This document shows positions 31,907-32,000 of a DNA stretch of 32,000 nt, piece by piece (the first letter of the stretch is position 1; each line of letters opens with the position of its first letter). The notes under the pieces are model-generated. The model saw only the letters and a list, made by a program, of their open reading frames with translations. It searched no databases and had not been told where the DNA came from. This DNA comes from Vibrio vulnificus CMCP6 (GTDB lineage: Bacteria > Pseudomonadota > Gammaproteobacteria > Enterobacterales > Vibrionaceae). Location of the stretch: assembly GCF_000039765.1 (NCBI RefSeq), contig NC_004459.3, forward strand, positions 360,001 through 392,000. Direction: 5' to 3'. A program made the translations under genes and the position numbers.

Positions 31907-32000
31907 ATGGAAGAACTAACCGTACAAGCTTTTATCAGAAGTGAATGGATAGACATTGGTATCATCTCATTCCCAAAAAGTAGCCAACATAATTTCCGAG
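31907..32000 (+). CDS. Start of an ORF running off the window (MEELTVQAFIRSEWIDIG..)
   Basis: GAGGTG RBS 7 nt upstream. Open to the window end. Confidence 0.45.
   Translation, partial: MEELTVQAFIRSEWIDIGIISFPKSSQHNFR

Noticed and set aside
1-32000. tRNA, rRNA or tmRNA genes as integration targets.
   Set aside because: I found no cloverleaf-compatible sequence or conserved T-loop (GGTTCGAATCC-like) motif on either strand by inspection. This was not an exhaustive computational scan.

Overview
Mosaic accessory DNA, most consistent with a mobilisable plasmid (or ICE/island) of a gammaproteobacterium that uses CTGT-N8-ACAG LexA boxes.

Backbone-type content:
- a 5'-truncated MOB relaxase (1-1348)
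- an orphan hipB with its own TTACCC-N8-GGGTAA operators
- LexA-boxed umuDC (10236-11905)
- an SF2-helicase-type replication candidate (27457-29955, minus) beside a duplicated ~170 bp AT-rich origin-like repeat
- a decayed IS911-like IS3 element and a decayed tyrosine recombinase

At least four defence-like cargo modules are interleaved:
- a 3-gene operon of unknowns (3013-4629)
- a stand-alone OLD-family ATPase/TOPRIM nuclease with a small upstream partner (4954-7117, minus)
- an ImmA/gop-like peptidase, a frameshifted P4-Beta-like protein and a LexA-boxed PD-(D/E)xK protein (12183-15062)
- a very AT-rich, translationally coupled pair (15640-19721, minus): an alpha/beta-hydrolase-P-loop protein plus an AAA_35-type STAND ATPase with a long helical tail. 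This is my top protein-level candidate for an undescribed system.

The most unusual non-genic structure is a 76-77 bp unit carrying a perfect 7-bp-stem hairpin (ATTCCCA-CGCA-TGGGAAT). There are 15 tandem copies at 20563-21691. Solitary copies at 2699, 7375 and 22828 sit exactly at breakpoints (lost hipA, truncated IS, cassette end). Three further elements go with it: a conserved leader (TTTGGGGCAAAG...), a conserved trailer (..CTTTGGACAGA..), and 19-bp inverted repeats that bracket two modules. Together they form a same-orientation junction-sequence family that partitions the window into cassettes. No intact recombinase for this family is present in the window.

All family assignments come from motifs readable in the translations. 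No database searches or folding calculations were run.
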